Shown here in pieces: positions 26,422 through 35,142 of a stretch of 64,000 nt of DNA. The DNA lies in the NCBI GenBank assembly GCA_964540395.1, contig CAZIME010000003.1, positions 11,800-75,799 of the forward strand, read 5' to 3'. The stretch's first letter is position 1, and every line of letters starts with the position of its first letter. This stretch comes from an uncultured Bifidobacterium sp. (GTDB lineage Bacteria; Actinomycetota; Acidimicrobiia; Acidimicrobiales; Ilumatobacteraceae). The notes under the pieces are model-generated. The model ran no database searches. It was not told where the DNA came from and saw nothing but the letters and a program-made list of their open reading frames with translations. A program made the position numbers and the translations under genes.

Positions 26422-28116
26422 CTAGCCGCGGTAACCGTGAGTGATCGGCAATCGTCGATCCTTGCCGAACGCCTTCGTCGTCACTCGCACACCCGGCGGC
26501 AACTGTCGCCGCTTGTACTCGTTCGCATCGACGAGTCGTACGATTCGCGCAACGAGCTGCGCGTCGACGCCGCTCGCGACGATGTCCGCCGCGGTGCGAT
26601 CCTCCTCGACGTACGCACGCAGGATCGGGTCGAGTACGTCGTACGGGGGGAGGCTCTGGTCGTCGCGTTGGTCCGGGCGCAACTCAGCGGACGGTGGCTT
26701 CGTCAACGTCGATACGGGGATAACTTCGCGACCGGCGCGCTCGTTGATCCGCCGGCACAGGTCGTACACCTCGGTCTTGAAGACGTCCTTGATCACCGCG
26801 TACCCGCCGACCGAGTCGCCGTACAAAGTGAAGTAGCCGACCGCCAGCTCGCTCTTGTTCCCCGTCGTGAGCACCATCCACCCGAACTTGTTCGACAGCG
26901 CCATCAGCGTCGTACCTCGCACGCGACTCTGCAGGTTCTCCTCGGCGAGATCGTGTGCACGCCCCGCGAACGACGGTGCCGTCATCTCGAGGTACGACGC
27001 GAACGCGGGCTCGATGGGAATCGTGCGGAAATCGATGCCGAGGTTGCGCGCGAGTGCCGCCGCATCGACGAGCGAACCCTCGCTCGAGTAACGCGACGGC
27101 ATTGCCACCCCATGCACGTGATCGGCACCCAACGCATCGACTGCAATTGCAGCGACGAGTGCCGAATCGATTCCGCCGGACAAACCGACGACGACGTCCG
27201 TGAATTTGTTCTTGCGCACGTAGTCGCGCGTTCCGAGCGCAAGTGCACCGAGCACCTGGTCGACTTCGGATGCACGTTCGACGATCCTCGCAGCGCCCCG
27301 TTGTGCGGCGCCCGATGGCACTCTCGACACCGCACGTGACACCGAACCTTCAACGTCGACGTCGACGACTTCGCACCGCTCCTCGAACTGCTCGAGTCGT
27401 GCAATGACCGCACCGTCGGGTCCGACGACGACGGAGCCGCCGTCGAAGACGAGTTCGTCCTGCCCGCACACCTGGTTGACGTAGACGACGGGAATTCCCG
27501 TTTCGCGCGCACGATCGACGATCGTCGTTTCGCGTCGTGACGCTTTTCTGCGATCGAACGGCGAACCGTTGATGTTCAGTGCAATTCGCGCTCCGGCGTC
27601 CCGTTGCCGTGCGAGTGGACCGTTCTCCACCCACAGGTCCTCGCAGATGCTCACACCGACCGGAACGCCGGCGATCGGCACGGTGAAGCCGGGAACGTTT
27701 CCCGGTGCGAAGTAGCGCACCTCGTCGAACACCGAGTAGTTCGGCAGCATCACCTTGTGGTACACCGCTTCGACGCGTCCATGGCGGCACACAGCGGCCG
27801 CATTTGCGAGTCGCGCGGGTTGGGCACTCGACGGTGTCGAGTCGGATCGGCCACCTGCCGAAGCGTCGACGAACCCGACAATCGCAACGCAGTCGGAGAC
27901 CGCCCGCGCGACATCGTCGAGGGCGCGGCGCACGTCGTCGACGAATCCCGACTTGAAGACGAGATCCTCAGGTGGATAGCCGGTGAGTGCGAGTTCGGGA
28001 AAGACGACGACATCGCAGCCCGCCTGCGTTGCCTCGGAGATCCTCTCGCCGATCTTGCGGGCATTTGCCGCGAGATCCCCGACGTGCGGGTTCATCTGGG
28101 CGATGCCGATGCGCAT
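26422..28116 (-). CDS. nadE: Glutamine-dependent NAD+ synthetase
   Basis: Trimmed to MRIGIAQMNPHVGD (ATG ends 28116). It has an N-terminal nitrilase-like domain (FPELALTGYPPEDL) and a C-terminal synthetase domain (GLSGGIDSAL). Confidence 0.92.
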   Translation of the reverse strand: MRIGIAQMNPHVGDLAANARKIGERISEATQAGCDVVVFPELALTGYPPEDLVFKSGFVDDVRRALDDVARAVSDCVAIVGFVDASAGGRSDSTPSSAQPARLANAAAVCRHGRVEAVYHKVMLPNYSVFDEVRYFAPGNVPGFTVPIAGVPVGVSICEDLWVENGPLARQRDAGARIALNINGSPFDRRKASRRETTIVDRARETGIPVVYVNQVCGQDELVFDGGSVVVGPDGAVIARLEQFEERCEVVDVDVEGSVSRAVSRVPSGAAQRGAARIVERASEVDQVLGALALGTRDYVRKNKFTDVVVGLSGGIDSALVAAIAVDALGADHVHGVAMPSRYSSEGSLVDAAALARNLGIDFRTIPIEPAFASYLEMTAPSFAGRAHDLAEENLQSRVRGTTLMALSNKFGWMVLTTGNKSELAVGYFTLYGDSVGGYAVIKDVFKTEVYDLCRRINERAGREVIPVSTLTKPPSAELRPDQRDDQSLPPYDVLDPILRAYVEEDRTAADIVASGVDAQLVARIVRLVDANEYKRRQLPPGVRVTTKAFGKDRRLPITHGYRG

Positions 28117-28182
28117 CTTTCCGGCATGTGGCGTGGCACCGGGCACGCCGTGAGGCTACCGAGCGGGTCGATCGTCGGATCT

Positions 28183-28204
28183 GTTCACACACCGTTCACA
28201 CTCG
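28183..28204 (+). promoter_or_regulatory. Two direct 11-nt repeat units GTTCACACACC / GTTCACACTCG (candidate OmpR/PhoB-family site, PHO-box or GlnR-type)
   Basis: The exact 8-mer GTTCACAC is repeated with 11-bp periodicity in the nadE/glnII divergent intergenic region. Confidence 0.4.
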
Positions 28205-28266
28205 GATGACGGAACCGATACGCCGGGCGACCAACATGGATGGGTCACTCCATGAAAGGAACCCCT

Positions 28267-29340
28267 ATGCCCTATCAGGCTGAATACATCTGGATCGACG
28301 GCACGAAGCCAACGCCGTTGCTCCGCTCGAAGACGAAGGTCCTCGACAATTCGGTGAAGACTCCGCCGATCTGGGGCTTCGACGGTTCGTCGACGGAGCA
28401 AGCGACCGGCGAGTCGTCGGACTGCATGCTCAAGCCTGTCTATTGGTGCAAGGATCCGATTCGCGGCGGCAAGAACATCCTCGTCATGTGCGAGGTATAT
28501 CTCGCATCGACGGGTTTGCCGCACCCGACGAACACCCGTGCCGCGTGCGCCGCGGCAGCGGAGAAGTACAAGAAGCACGGGATGATCTACGGCATCGAGC
28601 AGGAGTACACGTTCATGCGCCTGAACGGTCGTCCGTACGGCTTCCCCGAACTCGACGGCGAGCCCGGGCCGCAGGGTCCCTATTACTGCGGCGTCGGTGC
28701 CGGACGCGTCATGGGCCGCGACATCGTCGAGTTGCACACCGAGGCGTGCATCGAGGCGGGACTCACCATCTCGGGAACGAACGCCGAAGTCATGCCCGGG
28801 CAGTGGGAATTCCAGATCGGACCGCTCGATGCGCTGAAGGTCAGCGACGAGATGTACGTCGCACGTTGGCTGTTGCATCGCATCGCCGAGGACTTCGACG
28901 TGGTCGCGTCGTTCGATGCCAAACCCCAGAAGGGTGACTGGAACGGTGCCGGTGCACATACGAACTTCTCGACGAAGGCGATGCGCGAGGGATACGACGC
29001 GATCGAGTCGGCGTGCAAGGCTCTCGAAGGTCGCGTGATGGAACACGTGGACAACTACGGTCACGACATCCAGAGCCGCCTCACCGGCAAGCACGAGACG
29101 GCGCCGTGGAACAAGTTCAGCTATGGCGTGTCGAATCGCGGTGCGTCAATCCGAATTCCGTGGCAGGTCGCCAAGGATCGCAAGGGTTACGCCGAGGACC
29201 GTCGTCCGAACGCGAACATGGATCCGTACGTCGTCACCCGACTCATCCTCGAGACGGTGTGCAGCAAGGAGAAGCTGCCCGCCGCCGATGCGAAGAAGAG
29301 CAAGAAGGGCGACAAGAAGAAGTCCGGAAAGAAGAAGTAG
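28267..29340 (+). CDS. glnII: Glutamine synthetase type II (eukaryote-like GSII) with a Lys-rich C-terminal tail
   Basis: Start at MPYQAEYIWIDG (ATG 28267, preceded by AAAGGA). Motifs are GIEQEYT, NAEVMPGQWEFQIGP, GAGAHTNFS and RGASIRIP. The tail is KKSKKGDKKKSGKKK. Confidence 0.9.
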   Translation: MPYQAEYIWIDGTKPTPLLRSKTKVLDNSVKTPPIWGFDGSSTEQATGESSDCMLKPVYWCKDPIRGGKNILVMCEVYLASTGLPHPTNTRAACAAAAEKYKKHGMIYGIEQEYTFMRLNGRPYGFPELDGEPGPQGPYYCGVGAGRVMGRDIVELHTEACIEAGLTISGTNAEVMPGQWEFQIGPLDALKVSDEMYVARWLLHRIAEDFDVVASFDAKPQKGDWNGAGAHTNFSTKAMREGYDAIESACKALEGRVMEHVDNYGHDIQSRLTGKHETAPWNKFSYGVSNRGASIRIPWQVAKDRKGYAEDRRPNANMDPYVVTRLILETVCSKEKLPAADAKKSKKGDKKKSGKKK

Positions 29341-29385
29341 GTAGCGGTTGCGCGGCGCACGCGTCGCACGATCATCGGTTCACGA

Positions 29386-29423
29386 GGGCCCGGGGCGTCA
29401 CCACACGGTGGCACCCCGGGCCC
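29386..29423 (+). terminator. GC-rich hairpin downstream of glnII
   Basis: GGGCCCGGGG cgt CACC acac GGTG gca CCCCGGGCCC, followed by TTGCCGCTT. The U-tract is weak. Confidence 0.5.
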
Positions 29424-29452
29424 TTGCCGCTTGACTGAGAGGAGAGGTTCGG

Positions 29453-30790
29453 ATGCTCGAGCAACAGCGCGAATACGTTCTACGCACCGTCGAGGAGCGC
29501 GGGATTCGTCTCGTGCGCCTGTGGTTCACCGACGTCCTCGGCAACCTGAAGAGTTTCGCCATCAGCCCGGCCGAGTTGGAGAATGCCCTCGTCGACGGAA
29601 TGAGTTTCGACGGTTCGTCGATCGACGGCTACGGCCGCGTCCAGGAAACCGACGTGCTCGCAATGCCCGACCCGAACACCTTCGAGGTGCTGCCGTGGGT
29701 CGATCCGAAAGGCGCTGAAGCCCGGGTGTTCTGCGATATCGGTCAGCTCGATGGCTCACCGTTCAATGGCGACCCACGTCAGGTGCTGCGCCGCAACTTG
29801 GAGGCTGCGCGAGCGCTCGGCTTTCAGTTCTACGTCGCACCCGACGTCGAGTTCTTCTACTTCGCACCGCCCGAGGACGGTGTGGCACCGCGACCGCTCG
29901 ATTCCGGCGGATTCTTCGACCTCACCACCACCGACATTTCGTCGTCGCTGCGCAAGGAGACCATCCGCACGCTCGAGACGATGAGCATCCCCGTTGAGTA
30001 CAGCTTCCACGAGGACGCACCGAGCCAGCACGAGATCGACCTGCGCCACACCGACGCCCTCACGATGGCCGACAGCATCATGACGTTCCGGTTCGTCGTG
30101 AAGGAGATTGCCTCGCTGCACGGCGTCCATGCGACGTTCATGCCCAAGCCGCTCGAGGGGGTGCAGGGTTCGGGCATGCACCTTCACCTGTCGCTGTTCA
30201 AGGGTGACACGAATGCATTCCACTCAGACGACGACAAGTACAACCTCTCCGACACTGCACGATCGTTCATGGCCGGACTCCTTCATCACGCACCGGAGAT
30301 CACCGCCGTCACGAACCAGACGGTGAACAGTTACAAGCGTCTCGTTCCCGGTTTCGAGGCACCCGTGCACATCTCATGGGCTCGCAACAATCGCAGCGGC
30401 CTCATTCGCGTTCCGATGCCCAAACGCGGCAGCGAACTCGCGACGCGCATCGAGTACCGCTCGCCTGATGCAACGTGCAACCCGTATCTTGCGTTCTCCG
30501 TGATCCTTGCCGCGGGTCTGCGCGGTATCGAACAGGGATACACCCTGCCCGACGAAGCCGACTCGAACCTCTTCGAAATGGGTGACGACATGCTCGCCAA
30601 GATGGGAATCGAGCAACTGCCACAGTCACTCAACGACGCGCTGCGCGTCATGGAGAAGTCCGAACTCGTAGCGGAGGCACTCGGCGAGCACATCTTCGAG
30701 TGGTTCCTGCGCAACAAGCGTGCCGAGTGGCGCTCGTACAAGACCCACGTCTCGCAGTTCGAACTGGACCGGTACCTGCGCGCTCTATGA
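29453..30790 (+). CDS. glnA: Glutamine synthetase type I (445 aa, GlnA2/GSI-alpha-like size)
   Basis: Begins MLEQQREYVLRTVEERGIRLVRLWFTDVLG. Motifs are FDGSSI, HHE-region SFHEDAPSQHEID, GSGMHLHLSL and NSYKRLVPGFEAP. Confidence 0.9.
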   Translation: MLEQQREYVLRTVEERGIRLVRLWFTDVLGNLKSFAISPAELENALVDGMSFDGSSIDGYGRVQETDVLAMPDPNTFEVLPWVDPKGAEARVFCDIGQLDGSPFNGDPRQVLRRNLEAARALGFQFYVAPDVEFFYFAPPEDGVAPRPLDSGGFFDLTTTDISSSLRKETIRTLETMSIPVEYSFHEDAPSQHEIDLRHTDALTMADSIMTFRFVVKEIASLHGVHATFMPKPLEGVQGSGMHLHLSLFKGDTNAFHSDDDKYNLSDTARSFMAGLLHHAPEITAVTNQTVNSYKRLVPGFEAPVHISWARNNRSGLIRVPMPKRGSELATRIEYRSPDATCNPYLAFSVILAAGLRGIEQGYTLPDEADSNLFEMGDDMLAKMGIEQLPQSLNDALRVMEKSELVAEALGEHIFEWFLRNKRAEWRSYKTHVSQFELDRYLRAL

Positions 30791-31476
30791 CGACGCTCGG
30801 ATTCCTCGCCGTCTATCCCGATCATCCGACGGTCGAGCTCGCCCGCACCCTCGATCTTTCGGGTTATCCGTGGAAGGGCGTGTCGAGTGCCGACACGCTC
30901 ACCCGACTCGAACCTGCCGACGGTTGGGCGGGTGCCGTCATCATGTGCGACGACGATCCCGAAGGTGGCTGGGCGATGTGCCGCGCATTGCGTCGCCGCG
31001 ACAGACCGGTGCAACGGGTGCTCGTCGTCGTCACCGGCGCGCAACTCGCCGATCTCGAACTGCGCGACGATCTCTTCGATGACTTCTGCCTCTCCCCGTT
31101 CCACCCCCGCGAACTCGACGCCCGCTTGCGCCACCTCTTCTTCACCCACCTCACGGTGAAGCCCGAGTCGCTCATCGAGTACGGCGGTCTGCGTCTGAAC
31201 ACCGAGACGTACCAGGCGTCGTTCGGCGGTCGTCCGCTCGACCTCACGTACATGGAGTACGAATTGCTGAAGTTCCTCGCGCAGAACCCCGGCAAGGTGT
31301 TCACCCGCGAAACGTTGCTGTCGCGCGTATGGGGCTACGAGTACTTCGGCGGAGCGCGAACCGTCGACGTACACATTCGCCGCCTGCGCGCCAAGCTCGG
31401 CGAGGAGCATGCACACCTCATCGAGACGGTGCGCAGCGTGGGCTACCGCTTCGGACAATCGAAGTGGAGCATTTGA
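30787..31476 (+). CDS. glnR: OmpR-family regulator with an atypical receiver domain, GlnR-like
   Basis: The ATG at 30787 overlaps the glnA stop (ATGA). The C-terminal winged helix is LTYMEYELLKFLAQNPGKVFTRETLLSRVWGYEYFGGARTVDVHIRRLRAKLG. The receiver lacks the usual acidic-pocket pattern. Confidence 0.75.
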   Translation: MTTLGFLAVYPDHPTVELARTLDLSGYPWKGVSSADTLTRLEPADGWAGAVIMCDDDPEGGWAMCRALRRRDRPVQRVLVVVTGAQLADLELRDDLFDDFCLSPFHPRELDARLRHLFFTHLTVKPESLIEYGGLRLNTETYQASFGGRPLDLTYMEYELLKFLAQNPGKVFTRETLLSRVWGYEYFGGARTVDVHIRRLRAKLGEEHAHLIETVRSVGYRFGQSKWSI

Positions 31477-31522
31477 CGGCTCCTGTCGCCAAATGAGGTG
31501 ACGCTCTTGGTGACTCCCGACG

Positions 31523-32098
31523 TCAGATGAGAGCGACGATGCCGAGCACGATGAACAGTGCTCCGGCACCGCGCTGAACGAAGCGCAGCGGTACGCGCGA
31601 TACCAGCCATCGCCCCGCAAGTACCGCAAGACCCGACACGCTGATGAGTGCTGCCGCGGCACCGAGACCGACGGCAAACGGGCGACCCGTCGATGCGGCG
31701 AATCCGGCGGTTGCAAGTTGCGTGATGTCGGCGAACTCGGCGACTCCGACCGTCGACACCGCCACGGTGAACGTGCGGCGCCACGTCACCCGAGCCGGCA
31801 TGGCGCTCGCATCGGACTCTTCACGTTCCGGGGCGCGCGACGACCACAACACCCACGCACCGGCGACGATGAACAGAAAGCCGATCGTCGCTTGCACCGG
31901 ACCGCGCGGCAACCGCGAGAGAAATCCGCCGAGGGCCGATGCGACGACGACGTGACCGACGTACGCGACCGACACCCCCGACCACACCGCCGATCGCGAG
32001 GGAAAGCGCGTCGACAGCAACAAGGTCGCGAACATCGTCTTGTCGGGAAGTTCCGCCAGGAACACCGCCGCGAAGACGACGGCGATCGTCGACAACAC
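31523..32098 (-). CDS. UPF0016 / GDT1 / TMEM165 family cation (Mn2+/Ca2+) transporter
   Basis: Track ORF trimmed to the GTG ending at 32098 (VLSTIAVVFAAVFLAELPDKTM...). It has two E-x-x-D-(K/I)-T motifs, ELPDKT and EFADIT. Confidence 0.8.
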   Translation of the reverse strand: MLSTIAVVFAAVFLAELPDKTMFATLLLSTRFPSRSAVWSGVSVAYVGHVVVASALGGFLSRLPRGPVQATIGFLFIVAGAWVLWSSRAPEREESDASAMPARVTWRRTFTVAVSTVGVAEFADITQLATAGFAASTGRPFAVGLGAAAALISVSGLAVLAGRWLVSRVPLRFVQRGAGALFIVLGIVALI

Positions 32099-32105
32099 GG
32101 TCGCG

Positions 32106-33482
32106 TCAGCTCCGCTCGCCGAGTCGTTGCATCCGTCGCGACAGCCGCTCGTGGCGGGAGAGCATCTCGTCGAGTGCATCGTGAACCAGTTCGTGGTTGC
32201 GAACGACGGGCTTTCCGTTGACGATGGTGTCGCGTGCCGATGCGGGCCCGCAGCGCAACCATGCCTCGATCGGATCGGCAACGGCGCCGGCGAATCGCGG
32301 CCCATCAAGGGACCACACCGCGATGTCCCCCACCGCACCGACGCTGATTTCGCCGATCTCGCCGATGCGACCGAGACATCCGGCGCCGCCGCGGGTCGCG
32401 CATTCGAGTGCGACTCGTGCCGATGCCGCACCGGCACCGTCACGCAATTTCGCCAGCAGCAGCGCCTGTCGGGCTTCGAGCCACAACGATGCCGAGTCGG
32501 CCGACGACGATCCGTCGACGCCAAGTCCGACGTGCACACCAGCATTGCGCAGCGGCACGATGGGTGCGATCCCCGACGCAAGGATGAGGTTGCTGCTCGG
32601 GCAGTGTGCCACGCCAACCTCGGCTGCACCGAGTCGCGCGATTTCGGCGTCGTTCGGCATGACGCAGTGCGCCAACCACGTCCGCGACGACACCCAGCCG
32701 ACATCCTCGAGATACTCCATCGGACGACACCCGAACGTCGCGAGTGAATATGCGTCGTCCTCGGCATTTTCGGCGAAGTGGGTGTGCAACCGAACGTCGA
32801 GCTTCTCCGCCAAGTGCGCACTCTCGATCATCAGCCGCTTCGTGACGCTGAACGGTGAACACGGTGCGAGCGCAATGCGCACCATCGCTCCGTGCGAACG
32901 ATCGTGATGGCGCTCGACGGCACGCTGCGAATCGGCGAGGATCTCGTCATCGTCCTGCACGACGTCATCCGGAGGCAGACCTCCGTCTTTTTCCGACAGT
33001 GACATCGACCCGCGGGTGGGATGGAAACGCATGCCCAAGTCACGCGCGGCCGCAATCTCGGCCGACAGAAGGTCGCCCCCACCGCGTGGATGGAGATAGA
33101 GATGATCGGTCGACGTCGTGCACCCCGACAATGCCAACTCGGCGAGTCCGATCCAGGCGGACACGTACGCCGATTCCTCATCAAGCGCACTCCACAACGG
33201 ATACAAGGTGCGCAACCAACCGAACAGCGGAGCGTTCGTCATGGCGGGAAATGCACGCGTGAGGTTCTGGTACAGGTGATGATGCGTGTTCACGAGCCCC
33301 GGCGTGACCAGGCAATTCGCCGCATCAATCGCGACCGGGGCCGCGGGTGGAGTCCCGGTTCCGATCGCGGTGACCAATCCATCTGTCAACGCGACCCAAC
33401 CGTTCGCGAGTTCGCGCCGCTGCGCATCCATCGTCGCGACGAGTCGTGCCGAATGCACGACGAGATCGGGCCGCGCGGTCAT
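32106..33482 (-). CDS. Amidohydrolase superfamily deaminase (8-oxoguanine deaminase / SsnA-like)
   Basis: 458 aa. It has the GLVNTHHHLYQ metal motif, plus HTHFAEN and HCPSSN. Confidence 0.8.
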   Translation of the reverse strand: MTARPDLVVHSARLVATMDAQRRELANGWVALTDGLVTAIGTGTPPAAPVAIDAANCLVTPGLVNTHHHLYQNLTRAFPAMTNAPLFGWLRTLYPLWSALDEESAYVSAWIGLAELALSGCTTSTDHLYLHPRGGGDLLSAEIAAARDLGMRFHPTRGSMSLSEKDGGLPPDDVVQDDDEILADSQRAVERHHDRSHGAMVRIALAPCSPFSVTKRLMIESAHLAEKLDVRLHTHFAENAEDDAYSLATFGCRPMEYLEDVGWVSSRTWLAHCVMPNDAEIARLGAAEVGVAHCPSSNLILASGIAPIVPLRNAGVHVGLGVDGSSSADSASLWLEARQALLLAKLRDGAGAASARVALECATRGGAGCLGRIGEIGEISVGAVGDIAVWSLDGPRFAGAVADPIEAWLRCGPASARDTIVNGKPVVRNHELVHDALDEMLSRHERLSRRMQRLGERS

Positions 33483-33658
33483 GATGCGACCACCCGAGGG
33501 TTACCGATTGAGTTCGAGAAGTTCGCTCCCGGCGTGACGCTTCGTCGCGTCGCGATCGAGGGACGTGCCGAGCAATGCTGCGAGCGCGACCGAACCGAGT
33601 CCGACGATGACCGGAAACGCGAGAAGTACCGCAACGAGGACGATTGCACCGGCCACGA

Positions 33659-34138
33659 TCAGCGACCCGTGCGACGCGACTTCTTCGCCGTAACTTTTTC
33701 CGACACGGCTTTTTTCGCTGCGGTTTTCTTCCCACTCGTGCTCTGCGCCGTTCGGGCAGGCGCCGCCGTTGCGCGCTGCGGCTTGTACGCCCACGCCTCG
33801 ATTTCCACGGCCCCTCCGGCCGGCAGGGCCGAGACCTGCACGGTGCTGCGCGCGGGGCGCGCGGTACCGAAGCCCTCGACGTACGACTCGTTGAACGTGG
33901 CAAACGTGTCGAGATCGGTGAGGAAACACATCGTCTTCTTCACGTCGGCGATCGTCGCACCGACGCTCGCGAGGTGGGCCTTCAGGTTGACGATCGCCTG
34001 CGCCGTTTGCGTCTTCACACCACCGGCAACGATGGCTCCATCGCGCAATCCGAGTTGACCCGACACGATGATCCAATCGCCCGCACGAACGACGGGTGTG
34101 TACGGTCCGATGGGAGTTGCCCCTGTGGAAGTTGCCAT
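33659..34138 (-). CDS. RidA/YjgF family deaminase with a Lys/Ala-rich C-terminal tail
   Basis: 159 aa. The RidA core has GPYTPVVRAGDWIIVSGQLG and VEIEAWA. About 40 extra residues follow: ...SGKKTAAKKAVSEKVTAKKSRRTGR. Confidence 0.82.
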   Translation of the reverse strand: MATSTGATPIGPYTPVVRAGDWIIVSGQLGLRDGAIVAGGVKTQTAQAIVNLKAHLASVGATIADVKKTMCFLTDLDTFATFNESYVEGFGTARPARSTVQVSALPAGGAVEIEAWAYKPQRATAAPARTAQSTSGKKTAAKKAVSEKVTAKKSRRTGR

Positions 34139-34218
34139 ATGTTCAGGTTAGACGGAGCGTCACGCAACACCGTCGCCGGGTGGCCGTCCGCGAGGGTGGC
34201 AGCGTTACCCTGCGGGTG

Positions 34219-35142
34219 ATGAACGACGTGTCACGGCGCCGATTCCTACGCAACGGTATGTTCTTCACGCTCGCTGCGGGTACCACCACCGGTTTCGGCA
34301 CGATTCTCGCGGCATGCGGTGGGTCGCCGGAACCGCAGGATGCAGGCGGCGCGATCGGTGAACTACCCGACGACATCCAGATCATCCAGCGATTCCCGCA
34401 GATCCTCGTGCCGGGTGACGTGCGCATTCCCGTGTCGCTCGCGTTCGGCGGTGGCCTGCTCACGACGAACGGTGACATGAAGCTGCCGGACCTGCTCACC
34501 GGTCGACTCGAGCGACTGGTCGGTGCCGATTTCGTTGCCTACCGCGACTCACTCACCGCGGAACGGCACGACGAGAATCTCGTGACGCCGTACTGGCCGT
34601 TCCGACTCACCATCGACGAACCGGGCGTGTACCAACTCGTCCTCGACGGTGGTCCGATCGAGGGCGCTGCAGTTCAGGTGTCGCCACGCGACTCGATCGC
34701 CGTGCCGAAGGTTGGCGAACCGCTTCCGGCGCTCGACACTCCGACGACGACCGATACACGCGGAGTCGATCCGTTGTGCACACGAACGCCGGAACCATGT
34801 GCACTTCACGACACGTCTTTGCGCGAGGCGCTTTCGCTCGGCCGACCGATCGCGTACCTCATCGGCACACCCGCTCATTGCTCAACGGGTACGTGCGCAC
34901 CGGCGCTCGATGCGTTGCTCGCCATGCACGCCGAATTCGGTGACGTCGCCACTTTCATCCACGCCGAGGTGTACGCCGACCGTGCCGCGACGACTCCGTC
35001 ACCGGCGATCAGTGATTTCGCGATGACCTACGAACCGGCGTTGTTCGTCACCGACACCAGTGGCACGATCATCGACCGCTTGGATGCGGTCTTCGATGCG
35101 CGGGAGTTGCGCGCGAGCCTGGCCCGCGCGGGGATCAGCTGA
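34219..35142 (+). CDS. Tat-signal lipoprotein, function unknown (thioredoxin-like C-terminal region suspected)
   Basis: Trimmed to MNDVSRRRFLRNG (twin-arginine). It has the lipobox LAAC|GG and a CSTGTC motif in the C-terminal part. Confidence 0.65.
   Translation: MNDVSRRRFLRNGMFFTLAAGTTTGFGTILAACGGSPEPQDAGGAIGELPDDIQIIQRFPQILVPGDVRIPVSLAFGGGLLTTNGDMKLPDLLTGRLERLVGADFVAYRDSLTAERHDENLVTPYWPFRLTIDEPGVYQLVLDGGPIEGAAVQVSPRDSIAVPKVGEPLPALDTPTTTDTRGVDPLCTRTPEPCALHDTSLREALSLGRPIAYLIGTPAHCSTGTCAPALDALLAMHAEFGDVATFIHAEVYADRAATTPSPAISDFAMTYEPALFVTDTSGTIIDRLDAVFDARELRASLARAGIS

Noticed and set aside
28156-29094. 312-aa minus-strand ORF.
   Set aside because: It is antisense to glnII, whose GSII motifs are unambiguous.
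30331-31716. 461-aa minus-strand ORF.
   Set aside because: It is antisense to the glnA 3' end and the glnR-like gene, with Arg/Ser/His-rich composition.
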